A stretch of DNA of 64,000 nt from Desulfobulbaceae bacterium (GCA_024637145.1 JAGXFQ010000040.1:37948-101947); one strand, 5' to 3'. Positions 40,307 through 49,644 are shown, numbered from the stretch's first letter. Translations and numbers: made by a program. Notes: generated by a model from the letters alone, not told the origin.

Positions 40307-41313
40307 ATGAGAGTACAGAATCTCAAAACATGGGTCCGCGTTCGTTCCAGTTTCTGGTTTATCCCGGCAGTCATGGCCAGTGGGGCGATGGTGTTGGCCT
40401 TCGCAACCGTCGCCCTGGATGAACCGGTGACGAACTGGTTGACGCTTAACTGGGGTTGGACTTTCACCGGCGGAGCGGAGGGGGCGAGCTCCTTGCTGGG
40501 GGTCATCGCCGGATCCATCACGTGTCCGTTTCTATCCAGGCCAACGAGATCGTGGCGCGGGTCGGAGCGGAGTTGATCGAGGGAATAGAGCGCCTGTTTC
40601 CGGAAAACATCGAACGGGGAGCACCACAGATTCCGAGGGAGCCACCCGACGCAGCCTTCCTCGACATGTTCGGTCGAGAGGCGCGTCCGATTGGGTCTGC
40701 CGGGGACGGCTATCTACAGCTCGTCGATGGGGGGGGTGATTGATTTGGCCATGCAAGAGGATATCGTTATTCGACTGGAGCGACGACCCGGCCCTATGTC
40801 GTTGCCACCCGCCTGCTAATGCTGGTCTGGCCAGGAAACAAGGTTGCCGACCAGCTTGTGAAGCGCATCAATTCCGCGTTCGCTTTGGGTAACCCGCGAA
40901 CTCCCGGTCAGGACATTGAGTTCGCGGTCAACCAACTTGTCGAAATCGCGATACAAGCCCTCTCCACCGGGGTGAATGACCCATTCACGACGATGACGTG
41001 TGTAGACCACTTTGGGTCGGTACTGTGCCGCTTGGCGCAACGAGATATGCCGTCGCCTTATCGATATGACCATCAGGATCAGCTTCGTGTCATTACGCCT
41101 GTCTTTACGTTCCGGGACGTCACGGACGCGGCGCTCAACCAGATCCGGCAATATGGTCGTTCCAGCACTGCGGTGACCATCCGTCTGCTGGAAACGATTG
41201 CCGAAGTTGCGGGATCCCTGCATCGGCTGGAAGACGAGGACCGCCAAGAGGTGGAAAAACGCTTTCAATCCGCGAACCAATTGTTGAGCGAGTCACCAGA
41301 TTCTAACCTCTGA
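40307..41313 (+). pseudogene. DUF2254 family membrane protein with internal deletion and frameshifts
   Basis: Fragments RSSFWFIPA..IAGS / HHVSVSIQ..GYLQ / RTPGQDIEF..QLVEIA..ALSTGVNDPFT in different frames. Confidence 0.85.
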
Positions 41314-41349
41314 ATGCACGTACTCAGCTAGCATTCCGATGCCAAATTG

Positions 41350-41408
41350 GCCGAACCATTCACTGGTGCGGACGCAAGAAGCCGCGCCGCACAGTTCAAA
41401 CGTTATAT
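41350..41408 (+). other. attC site
   Basis: GCCGAAC-CATTCACTGGTGCGG..CCGCACAGTTCAAAC-GTTATAT. Confidence 0.8.
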
Positions 41409-41820
41409 GAAAACATTCAAACACATCGATATGGTAATCATTGCAAGAAATTTACTGTTAATGGCGTCATTCTGCATTCTATCAGGCTGTGCTATCGTTC
41501 AGCCAGGTGCTGGAGGTGGCTGGATCGGATTTACTGAATCTGGGCAAGCCTCATACTATGCCGATAAGTTTCAGAACAGAAAGACTGCCAGTGGTGAGAT
41601 TTATAGGCATGATTTAAAAACTGCCGCTCATAAAAAATTGCCATTCGGAGCAAATGTAAAGGTTACCAACCGCAGTAATGGCAAAAGTGTCATTGTAAAA
41701 ATCAATGATCGCGGTCCCTTTGTTAAAGGCCGTGTTATTGATCTTTCAAGGTCTGCCTTCAGCAATATAGGCAAGACGTCAACTGGCCTAATCGACGTGA
41801 AAATTGAAGTTGTGCGGTAG
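41407..41820 (+). CDS. Cassette: RlpA-like (DPBB) lytic transglycosylase lipoprotein
   Basis: Lipobox LSGC; G.ASYY..TASGE..TAAH..LPFG..INDRGPF..RVIDLS; start 41407 or 41431. Confidence 0.93.
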   Translation: MKTFKHIDMVIIARNLLLMASFCILSGCAIVQPGAGGGWIGFTESGQASYYADKFQNRKTASGEIYRHDLKTAAHKKLPFGANVKVTNRSNGKSVIVKINDRGPFVKGRVIDLSRSAFSNIGKTSTGLIDVKIEVVR

Positions 41821-41837
41821 CACAGAAGAGGAAGAAG

Positions 41838-41903
41838 GGGACGTCCATAAGATTATAAGTTTCTCGAACGAGGGGCAGATTTTTATGATTTTATGGGCGT
41901 CCC
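41838..41903. repeat. 66-bp palindromic REP-like element C, copy 1
   Basis: GGGACGTCCATAAGATTATAA..TTATGATTTTATGGGCGTCCC. Confidence 0.9.
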
Positions 41904-42101
41904 GATTGCCCCCAGACAGAGCAGAAAAGCCGGGACACAGGCAAGCAAGTGGTGCAAAAAAATCCGTCCCCTCACCGCTGAACTATGCTAAACGGGTTTT
42001 TCTACAGACTCGTTAGTCCTCAAAAAGATAAAATTGCAAATTGCTACGTTATGAATTAATTTATAGTCACAATAGATTCATAGGTAACGGAGGGCAATAA
42101 A

Positions 42102-42320
42102 ATGGCAACAGCAGTAAGAATTTCGGAAAATCTCCTGACTGACGCAAGAAAATACAGCAAAGTAGAGCACAGGTCTATAACTGGGCAAATTGAACACTGG
42201 GCACGTATTGGAAAATGCGTAGAAGAAAACCCAGACTTAACCTATGACCTCATCAAAGAAATGCTCATTGGAATCCAAGAGTTAGATCAAGGTGAAAAAA
42301 CTGAATTCACTTTTGGGTAG
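42102..42320 (+). CDS. Cassette: ParD-like antitoxin
   Basis: MATAVRIS..A...S.VEHRSITGQIEHWARIGK..EENPDL. Confidence 0.9.
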   Translation: MATAVRISENLLTDARKYSKVEHRSITGQIEHWARIGKCVEENPDLTYDLIKEMLIGIQELDQGEKTEFTFG

Positions 42321-42325
42321 GCCCA

Positions 42326-42601
42326 ATGAAAATTTACCAATCGAGGTCATTCGCCCATAAAGTCAAAAAACTATCAAAACCAGAAAAAACTACCTTAGAT
42401 AAGGAAATTAAGAAAATCCTCAGTGATCCTGAAATTGGTACTGAGAAGAAAGGAGATCTGCGAGGCATTTTTGTCCACAAATTTAAAATTAAATCAAAAC
42501 AACATCTCCTGTCATACAGATTTAGCGAATCATCACTGGAACTAATCATGCTTGGATTGCATGAAAATTACTACCGCGACCTAAAAAAGCACCTAAAATA
42601 A
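42326..42601 (+). CDS. Cassette: RelE/ParE family toxin
   Basis: P.IG.EKKGDL.G.FVHKFK..LG.HENYYRDLK; basic; 5 bp after the antitoxin. Confidence 0.9.
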   Translation: MKIYQSRSFAHKVKKLSKPEKTTLDKEIKKILSDPEIGTEKKGDLRGIFVHKFKIKSKQHLLSYRFSESSLELIMLGLHENYYRDLKKHLK

Positions 42602-42666
42602 GGCTAATAACTCGCTACCTTTAGGTGGCATATGTATCGTTGACCGATTGAGTTGGTGGGAAGATA

Positions 42667-42732
42667 GGGACGTCCATAAGATTATAAGTTTCTCGAGCTA
42701 AGGGCAGATTTTTATGATTTTATGGACGTCCC
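42667..42732. repeat. 66-bp palindromic element C, copy 2
   Basis: Near-identical to 41838-41903; lies inside an attC-like region. Confidence 0.9.
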
Positions 42733-42830
42733 GACTGGCCCTAACTGCACTGAAGCGCGCCTCTGAACATTGGCGTTGGGCGCCTTAACATAGAGCGCGC
42801 AAGCTTGGCATGACTATCGGAGATGCTCTC

Positions 42831-43373
42831 ATGAGTCAGTTGAAACTGAGCAAGGCTTTTACCCTGATGGAATCAGGGCCTGTGGTCCTCGTGACAACCC
42901 ATGATGGGAAGAAAGATAACATCATGACTATCTCCTGGACCATGGTGATGGATTTCACGCCGGTATTTGCTATCACCACCGGTGAATGGAATCACTCCTT
43001 CGCGGCGTTGCGAAAGAATCGGGAGTGCGTCATTGCAATTCCCACCGTCGACCTATTGGATAAGGTGGTTGGCATAGGGACGTGCTCGGGCGCAGACACA
43101 GACAAGTTTGCCAAGTTCAAGCTCACACCGGTGCCGGCTAAACTCGTCAGGCCGCCCTTGATCAAGGAGTGCCTCGCCAACATTGAGTGCAAGGTCATCG
43201 ACATCGTTAAAAAGCACAACATTGTTGTGTTAGAGGCGGTTGCCGCCTACATCGATACCGCCCGCAAGGAGAAGCGCACGGTTCACGCGGTTGGTGACGG
43301 AACGTTCATCGTCGACGGGCGCAAGATTGACCGGAAGAAGATGATGGCCTCCAAGCTCCCCTCAGGCGTTTAG
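42831..43373 (+). CDS. Cassette: flavin reductase-like (flavoredoxin) protein
   Basis: GPVVLVTT..NIMTISW..ECVIAIP..G.CSG..DKF..PLIKEC.ANIECKV. Confidence 0.92.
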   Translation: MSQLKLSKAFTLMESGPVVLVTTHDGKKDNIMTISWTMVMDFTPVFAITTGEWNHSFAALRKNRECVIAIPTVDLLDKVVGIGTCSGADTDKFAKFKLTPVPAKLVRPPLIKECLANIECKVIDIVKKHNIVVLEAVAAYIDTARKEKRTVHAVGDGTFIVDGRKIDRKKMMASKLPSGV

Positions 43374-43429
43374 CGTTCATTGGCCAGCCAGGAGGAAGTC
43401 CTGGGAGCAAAAATGAAAAGCACGGCGGC

Positions 43430-43491
43430 GCTCAACAATTCGTTCAAGAGGCAGGGCCTGTCTGGTCTGCCGCCTAACTCAAACATTTGGT
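43430..43491 (+). other. attC site with mutated R' box
   Basis: GCTCAAC-AATTCGTTCAAG..GCCTAACTCAAAC-ATTTGGT (GTT lost). Confidence 0.7.
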
Positions 43492-43513
43492 CTGGGAATC
43501 TGGAGTGTCGATT

Positions 43514-44656
43514 GTGTTTTTGCGGTTTTCGCTCAAGCTAATTTTGTTGATTCTGGCGTGTGTCTCTGCTGGTGTGATTTGGCAGCAGGCACAGTTGTCT
43601 GTCTTGGCGCTCAGCCACATTGACCCGGTTCCTGAAGTCGAGGCTTTGGTTGCCGCGGAACGATACGCTGAGGCAGCCTATTACCTCGATTTTTTCCTGG
43701 AATACGACTATGTCCGTGACGATCCACAGGCTCAGGCGCTGCACGCCGAGATCGAAAGGGTGCGCAACTGTCTCTCCTACCAGACAAGCAAGCTTGGCGA
43801 AGGATTGCTTGTGGGTACCAGCGATGAAGGTATCGGCAAGACGGCGGGCCTGATCACGGATTTTTTTGTGGTCGGCGACATTCGTGATCTCGCCGCGCAG
43901 GGGACCAACTGGGCTCAGGGTGAAGATGTCGACGAGGTGGTTGCCGCTCTCGCCGGCATCGGCCTTGTAGCTACGGCTGCTCAGATCGCCAGCGGAGCAG
44001 CAACTGTTGGCACGGCGGGAGCCGCTGCTCCGGCCGTGGCGGGCAGCACGGCTGTCAAAGGCGGGGTCAGCATTCTGAAAGCCGCTCGCAAGCTCGGTAA
44101 GCTGCCGCCCTGGCTGGGTAAGACACTGATTAAAAACGCCAAAACCGTGCAGAAGACGAAGAAACTGGATTCTGTTACCGATCTGTTCAGCGATGTCTAC
44201 CGCCTTGCCCGCACGCCAGGTGGCTTGAATCTCTTGAGCAAGACTAGCGATGCCGCATCGTTAAGACGCATGGCGGCTGCTGCCGAGACATTTGGCGATT
44301 CGACGGCCACGCTCTACCGGATCGGTGGTCAGACGTTCCTGAAAACGGCCGGCCGGGCGAGTCAGCTTGGAACCGATAGCATCAAGCTAGCCTCGACCTA
44401 TGGCCCTAAAGGTCTGCGGGTGCTGGACAAGATCGGACCGACACGATTCATTAAATATTCCGCCCGGGCAGCGAAGATCGCCTACAAAGGTGATTTGTTC
44501 GACCTGATTGCTCGCTTCCTTGCCATGTTGCCGAGATGGATCCTTTATCTGCTGTTCAGTCTGGGTATCGTAGTCTGGATTCCGTGGCGATGGCTCAGGC
44601 GGCTTGGTCAGTCGGTCATTTCCGGTAAAAGAGTTATAGTCAAATCTGGTGTTTGA
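43514..44656 (+). CDS. Cassette: hypothetical membrane protein
   Basis: ~380 aa, N- and C-terminal TMs, Gly/Ala-rich central hydrophobic stretch; GTG start after GGAG (uncertain). Confidence 0.8.
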   Translation: MFLRFSLKLILLILACVSAGVIWQQAQLSVLALSHIDPVPEVEALVAAERYAEAAYYLDFFLEYDYVRDDPQAQALHAEIERVRNCLSYQTSKLGEGLLVGTSDEGIGKTAGLITDFFVVGDIRDLAAQGTNWAQGEDVDEVVAALAGIGLVATAAQIASGAATVGTAGAAAPAVAGSTAVKGGVSILKAARKLGKLPPWLGKTLIKNAKTVQKTKKLDSVTDLFSDVYRLARTPGGLNLLSKTSDAASLRRMAAAAETFGDSTATLYRIGGQTFLKTAGRASQLGTDSIKLASTYGPKGLRVLDKIGPTRFIKYSARAAKIAYKGDLFDLIARFLAMLPRWILYLLFSLGIVVWIPWRWLRRLGQSVISGKRVIVKSGV

Positions 44657-44841
44657 GAAAATTGTCATCAAATAATAACCCTGTTCAGTTCGCCTTCTTC
44701 TTGTAAAGGGTCTATCCGTAAGAAGACCGAACCCTGAGTGCCAAGAAAGGGTGTGGCAGAGAGGCACGGCCGCCCAACGGTGCCCAGCGGACTGCTGGCG
44801 CCGAAAAAAGTTGCGGCATAATTCATAATCAGGAGCTTAAA

Positions 44842-45093
44842 ATGGCTCAGAGTGTAATCGTGAAAAAAGAAGAAAAGATTGCGTCAGTGATATCAACATT
44901 GCTTCCAGATTTTACGGAAGCTCAGTTCATTGAGGCGTTCATTGAAAAATATCCAAAAGAATGGGATAGAGTCCAGAAAATTTATAGGGAACATGAGCTT
45001 CGAACAAAACCAGGGAAGAGCCACCCCATGCCAGAGCCAAGAAAATATTTAATCACTGCATTAACAATATGGAAAAAGAAAAATACCAAATAG
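44842..45093 (+). CDS. Cassette: small hypothetical protein
   Basis: 83 aa, RBS AGGAG, AT-rich, followed by attC. Confidence 0.8.
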   Translation: MAQSVIVKKEEKIASVISTLLPDFTEAQFIEAFIEKYPKEWDRVQKIYREHELRTKPGKSHPMPEPRKYLITALTIWKKKNTK

Positions 45094-45107
45094 GAACAAA
45101 AGTAATC

Positions 45108-45210
45108 GCCCAACCAAATAATGCACCGGACGGGGAGACACTTATGATTCTCGATAAGCTCAGTGGTACTCCCAAGTCTCTGCGCCGCCGGTGATGATCA
45201 TCTGTTAGCC
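45108..45210 (+). other. attC site
   Basis: GCCCAAC-CAAATAATGCACCGG..CCGGTGATGATCATCT-GTTAGCC. Confidence 0.8.
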
Positions 45211-45223
45211 ATATGAAACCGAA

Positions 45224-45850
45224 ATGAATATAGAAAATGGCATCATATCAAATTGGAATGAAGAAAAGGGTTTTGGTTTCATAACCCCAACCTCTGGCGG
45301 CAAATCATTATTTTTCCATATAAATGGCTATAGCCATCGTCATAAACGTCCCTTTAAAAATTTAGAAGTACAATACTTTACGTCAACCGATCCAAAAGGG
45401 CGGATATGTGCCATTGATGTTGCTCCTTTAAAAGGACATAAAAATAATGGGAAGGAAATAAGGCAAAAGTTCCGCTCTTTACTTCTGTTCAGTATCTGTT
45501 CAGTCGTTCTTTATTACCTGTTTGAATTAAAACTCATCCCGCTTGAGCTCGTTTTTCTATATGCAATCATGAGTGTCTTGGCATTTATAATGTACGCAAA
45601 AGACAAAAAAGCGGCGGAGTGGGGCAATTGGCGAACTCCTGAAAGTACTTTACATACATTATCACTGTTAGGTGGTTGGCCAGGTGCCAAAATTGCACAA
45701 AGTTTTTTAAGGCACAAATCCTCAAAATTATCATTCCGAGTCACATATTGGGCAACAGTAGTAGCTAATTGTTGCGCATTATCTTGGTTGATAACCCAAA
45801 AAGGCAGTAAATGGCTTCAAAGCATATTGGTAAATATAAATTTTGGTTAA
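45224..45850 (+). CDS. Cassette: cold-shock domain + DUF1294 membrane protein
   Basis: WNEEKGFGFI..FFHI; YAKDK.AA..WRTPE.TLH..GGWPGA..RHK. Confidence 0.93.
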   Translation: MNIENGIISNWNEEKGFGFITPTSGGKSLFFHINGYSHRHKRPFKNLEVQYFTSTDPKGRICAIDVAPLKGHKNNGKEIRQKFRSLLLFSICSVVLYYLFELKLIPLELVFLYAIMSVLAFIMYAKDKKAAEWGNWRTPESTLHTLSLLGGWPGAKIAQSFLRHKSSKLSFRVTYWATVVANCCALSWLITQKGSKWLQSILVNINFG

Positions 45851-45860
45851 TGAAAAAAAG

Positions 45861-45980
45861 GCATAACAATTCGCTGCCTTTAGGCGAACGAGCACGCTGG
45901 TTTTATCGGCTTCGGTCACCTAAATAAACTCGAATTTACTCAGCCTTGGCTAGGCGCGCGTCTTAGCTTTGCCGTAGGTG
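45861..45980 (+). other. attC site, degenerate R'
   Basis: GCATAAC-AATTCGCTG..TTAGCTTTGCC-GTAGGTG (one T short of GTTAGG). Confidence 0.6.
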
Positions 45981-45997
45981 CAGAGAGAAAATAAACT

Positions 45998-46783
45998 ATG
46001 ATCAATCACGCAGATATATTTTTATTTTTCCTGTTAAGCTTCTTCAAGTTTGTAGTGCCAGTCTTAATTCTTGGTGCCATAGTAAAATCTGCCACATTTA
46101 AAGGATTTATTGGCGAATTAATTGTTAAAATTTCAGCTAAGTTACTTCTCGCCAAAAACAAATATTCAATTTTTCACAATGTCACCCTGTCCACTGAAGA
46201 TGGCACAACCCAAATTGACCACATTGTAGTGTCCAGATACGGGGTATTTGTTATTGAAACTAAAAACATGAAAGGCTGGATTTTTGGCGCAGAACATCAA
46301 GAACAATGGACGCAAAAAATATTTAAACACACAACCAAATTTCAAAACCCCTTGCGCCAAAACTACAAACACACCAAGACACTTGCCGACCTCTTAAACA
46401 TTGATCTCTGTAAATTATTTTCTGTGGTGGTATTCGTCGGAGATACAACCTTTAAAACTCCTATGCCCCCCAACGTTACAGAGGGCGGCGGTTACATAAA
46501 GTTCATTAAAAGCAAAAAGGAAATAATCTTTAGCCAGCCCGAAGTAAATTCAATCATTGCAGCTATAAGAAGCGGGAAACTCAAAAACAATCTCAAGACC
46601 CACGTCAACCATATAAACCATGTGAGAAGCATAAAAGAGCAAAAGAGCGACACTAATATTCGCTCATGCCCAAAGTGTGGGAATGAAATGGTTTTGAGGA
46701 AGGCAACTAAAGGTAAAAATGCAGGAAACACCTTTTGGGGTTGCAGCCAATTCCCAAAATGTAGAACAATATTAAGCATCTAG
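45998..46783 (+). CDS. Cassette: NERD nuclease-related domain + topoisomerase-type C4 zinc finger
   Basis: TTQIDHIVVS..VIETKNM.GWIFG..FQNPLRQN; CPKCG.EMVLR..FWGCS.FPKCR. Confidence 0.93.
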   Translation: MINHADIFLFFLLSFFKFVVPVLILGAIVKSATFKGFIGELIVKISAKLLLAKNKYSIFHNVTLSTEDGTTQIDHIVVSRYGVFVIETKNMKGWIFGAEHQEQWTQKIFKHTTKFQNPLRQNYKHTKTLADLLNIDLCKLFSVVVFVGDTTFKTPMPPNVTEGGGYIKFIKSKKEIIFSQPEVNSIIAAIRSGKLKNNLKTHVNHINHVRSIKEQKSDTNIRSCPKCGNEMVLRKATKGKNAGNTFWGCSQFPKCRTILSI

Positions 46784-46952
46784 TACGCCGTAAAACTTAA
46801 ATGTACGTGTAGAATTTTGTTATTGCATACGAACCACAAAGACACGAAGGCACAAAGAAAAACATAAAAACAAGAAGCACTTCGTGCCTTTGTGCCTTTG
46901 TGGTTAAAGGCATATTTGCATAAATATACAAAACTTTAAGTGATACACTGCA
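46784..46952. mobile_element. MITE family A, copy 2 (169 bp), inserted in the R'' box of an attC
   Basis: CTAG at 46780-83 and 46953-56; lacks the 27-bp inner insert of the other copies. Confidence 0.85.
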
Positions 46953-47132
46953 CTAGCAATTAGCTACCTTTAGGCGGCAGATGTATCGCTGACCGAGTGA
47001 GCTGGCAACTCAAAGCAGATCTTGTCTACCAGAAGGATCTGTAGTTCGGCGCTTAATTGGAACCGATGGGAGAGAATCTGCAGCATGGAACGGCACTCGC
47101 TACCCCCGATGAGGTTCATTTCATCAGACAAA

Positions 47133-48023
47133 ATGGTGAGTCACAGTACGGCCTTCGTGGCACTGGCAGCGTTATGCTGGGGGCTGTCAGGCGGGATCGG
47201 CGGGATGCTCATGGCCAAGGGCTGGGACTCGCTCGTGGTGTCGTTCTGCCGGGGCGCCATCGGGCTGTTGTTTGTTCTCGTCTGGCTTGCGTTGCGTCCG
47301 CGCGGCAGCGGACTGGCCAGTCGCCGATTATGGTTCTGGTCGGTGATTGCCGGTCTCGGCGTAGCCGGCAACTTCGCTTTTTATTTCGTGAGCATCGCGG
47401 CGGGCAGTGTTGCGGTTGCGGCGACGCTGATGTATTGCGCCCCGGTGTTCGTCTATCTGGTGTCCTTCACACTCAAGCTCGAAAGACCCACTCTGCTGAA
47501 GTGGGCAGCGATTGCGATGGTAATGTTTGGCATTGTGCTGCTTACCCGTATTTACGAGATTGGGGCGGGCGGCATCACGCCGATGGGCGCCGGTGCCGGA
47601 CTGCTTGCCGGGCTCTCCTATGCGGTATTCATTTTCGGCTTTAAGTATGCGGCACCGCACGGCAGCCCGCAGGCGATTCTCGTGATAGCGTTCGCGTCCC
47701 TTGTCACCATACTTATCTGGCTGGTCGATGTCGACCAGGCCGTGGCAGTGCTGAGCACGCCGAGTTGGCCGCTGTTCGCCGTACTGGGGGTGTTTGGCGC
47801 TGGATTGTCGTTCATTCTCTATATTGTCGGCCTGAACCATACCGCGCCGGCCGTGGCCTCAATTGTGGCAATGGTCGAGCCGGTCACCGCGTCACTCTTC
47901 GGCGTCGTGGTTTTAGATGAAAGTTTGGTCGGTCTACAGATCTTCGGCATGGGACTGATTTTGGTCACAGTTACTGCGCTGAGCGTATATTCGAGCGCTC
48001 AAAATAAAGCACTTGCTGAGTAG
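47133..48023 (+). CDS. Cassette: EamA/DMT transporter
   Basis: AALCWG, Y.APVFV, VAMVEPV; about 10 TMs; start uncertain. Confidence 0.9.
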   Translation: MVSHSTAFVALAALCWGLSGGIGGMLMAKGWDSLVVSFCRGAIGLLFVLVWLALRPRGSGLASRRLWFWSVIAGLGVAGNFAFYFVSIAAGSVAVAATLMYCAPVFVYLVSFTLKLERPTLLKWAAIAMVMFGIVLLTRIYEIGAGGITPMGAGAGLLAGLSYAVFIFGFKYAAPHGSPQAILVIAFASLVTILIWLVDVDQAVAVLSTPSWPLFAVLGVFGAGLSFILYIVGLNHTAPAVASIVAMVEPVTASLFGVVVLDESLVGLQIFGMGLILVTVTALSVYSSAQNKALAE

Positions 48024-48040
48024 CGCCGGGGTAGAAGATG

Positions 48041-48106
48041 GGGACGCCCATAAGATTATAAGTTTCTCGAACTAAGGGCAGATTTTTATGATTTTATGGA
48101 CGTCCC
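48041..48106. repeat. 66-bp palindromic element C, copy 3
   Basis: Near-identical to the other copies; sits where the attC left arm is expected. Confidence 0.9.
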
Positions 48107-48167
48107 GATTGCCTCCTTTAACAACGCGCGTCACTCGGTTGGCGTTAGGCAACAAAGAGAGGAAAGC

Positions 48168-48638
48168 ATGGAGCCAATTCAAGAACCAATTACCGGTAAC
48201 GAAGACCAAGGTGGACTGACATCGCCCTATCAAGCGCTTGTTCAGTTTTATTGCGCGTTCAACCGCGGCGATCTCTCGATGATGGAGGCGAACTGGACAA
48301 ATACAGATGATATTGCAATGGATAATCCGCTTGGAGGAATAAAGCGAGGGTGGCAAGAGATACGGCCAGTATACGAGCGCATTTTTAACGGCCCGGCTGA
48401 GGTATATGTCGAGTACTATGATTACACAGTTCACGAAACGGCAGACATGTTTTATGCGGTGGGAAGAGAGCGCGGCTATTTCCGCCTTGAAGGCGATGAA
48501 GTGAAATTGGCAGTCCGTACTTCTCGCGTTTTTCAGAAGGTGTCTGGCAAATGGCGGCAGGTACACCATCATGGATCAATTGACGAGCCAAAGCTATTGG
48601 CAAGGTATCAGTCTGCGGTCCTTGGCAAGCGGGTATAG
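48168..48638 (+). CDS. Cassette: SnoaL/NTF2-like protein
   Basis: FY.AFN.GD..NW..GW.EI..WRQVHHHGS; bounded by GTTAGGCAAC (48144) and GTTGCCTAAC. Confidence 0.88.
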   Translation: MEPIQEPITGNEDQGGLTSPYQALVQFYCAFNRGDLSMMEANWTNTDDIAMDNPLGGIKRGWQEIRPVYERIFNGPAEVYVEYYDYTVHETADMFYAVGRERGYFRLEGDEVKLAVRTSRVFQKVSGKWRQVHHHGSIDEPKLLARYQSAVLGKRV

Positions 48639-48640
48639 TT

Positions 48641-48706
48641 GCCTAACGCCGCGCTGGAGAGAGACGCCGCAAAAAGCACGGCGCCCATCAGCTTGAGACG
48701 TTAACG
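48641..48706 (+). other. attC site
   Basis: GCCTAAC-GCCGCGCTGGAG..CCATCAGCTTGAGAC-GTTAACG. Confidence 0.85.
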
Positions 48707-48732
48707 TCTCAGGAAAGGCATTCGTTGAGATT

Positions 48733-49644
48733 ATGGCAATAACGAAGATGAAAACGGTATCTCTCGTTCTGGGGAGTGGCGGCGCTCGAGGTTTAGCACA
48801 TATTGGCGTAATTCATTGGCTTGAAGAAAACGATTATGAAATACGATCAATAGTCGGTTGCTCAATCGGTGCAGTCATCGGGGGGATATATGCGGCCGGC
48901 AAACTGGATGTCTATGAGCAATGGGTGCGTTCCCTCACGAAAGTTGACATCGTCACTCTCCTGGATCTTTCCTGGGATAAGAGCGGACTGGTAAGGGGCG
49001 ACAAACTCATTAACACCCTTATCAAGCTGGTGGGAGCGCAATTAATCGAAGATCTTCCCTTTGCCTATACGGCTGTTGCGACCGATATAAAAGGCCAGAA
49101 GGAAATATGGCTAAAGTCGGGTAGTCTCTTTGAGGCCATGCGAGCGTCTTTCGCAATACCGCTTCTCTTTACCCCCTTCAAGTACAAGGGGAGAGATCTT
49201 GTGGATGGAGGAGTTTTAAATCCTGTGCCTATTGCGCCGACGTTTGGTGATGAAACCGACATTACTATTGCCGTAAATCTGGGGGGCCTCGCCCATAATC
49301 CGGAAGAGCGGAGCACCTTGAATGCTGCTCCAGCGTCTCCTGCCTCGCCGTTACGTGCAAGGATTAATCGCTTCATAAATCAACACCAACAATCCGTGAC
49401 CAGCAGGGGCAGTGGAGATTGGGGGGCGTACGATATCGCCATTCAGGCGTTTGAGACTATGCAGAGTACCATCGCGCGCCAAAAGCTTGCCGCTTACCCG
49501 CCGGACATAGTCATAGAAATTGCCAGGAATGCCTGTCGTACATTAGAGTTTGATCGGGCATCCGAGATGATTGAATTGGGATATCGGCGGGCGAAAGAAT
49601 GCCTATCTAAAGCTAAGAAGCCGGGGCGTAATGATGCACTGTAA
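48733..49644 (+). CDS. Cassette: patatin-like phospholipase
   Basis: LGSGGARG.AHIG, GCSIG, DGG..NPVP. Confidence 0.95.
   Translation: MAITKMKTVSLVLGSGGARGLAHIGVIHWLEENDYEIRSIVGCSIGAVIGGIYAAGKLDVYEQWVRSLTKVDIVTLLDLSWDKSGLVRGDKLINTLIKLVGAQLIEDLPFAYTAVATDIKGQKEIWLKSGSLFEAMRASFAIPLLFTPFKYKGRDLVDGGVLNPVPIAPTFGDETDITIAVNLGGLAHNPEERSTLNAAPASPASPLRARINRFINQHQQSVTSRGSGDWGAYDIAIQAFETMQSTIARQKLAAYPPDIVIEIARNACRTLEFDRASEMIELGYRRAKECLSKAKKPGRNDAL

Noticed and set aside
41838-48106. CRISPR interpretation of the 66-bp repeats or the attC sites
   Set aside because: Separated by whole genes rather than 30-40 bp spacers; no cas genes
48072-48167. Upstream extension of the SnoaL ORF (MDVPIASF..) and the opposite-strand 166-aa ORF
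   Set aside because: The extension starts inside the 66-bp repeat and crosses the cassette boundary; the likely start is ATG 48168 after GAGG
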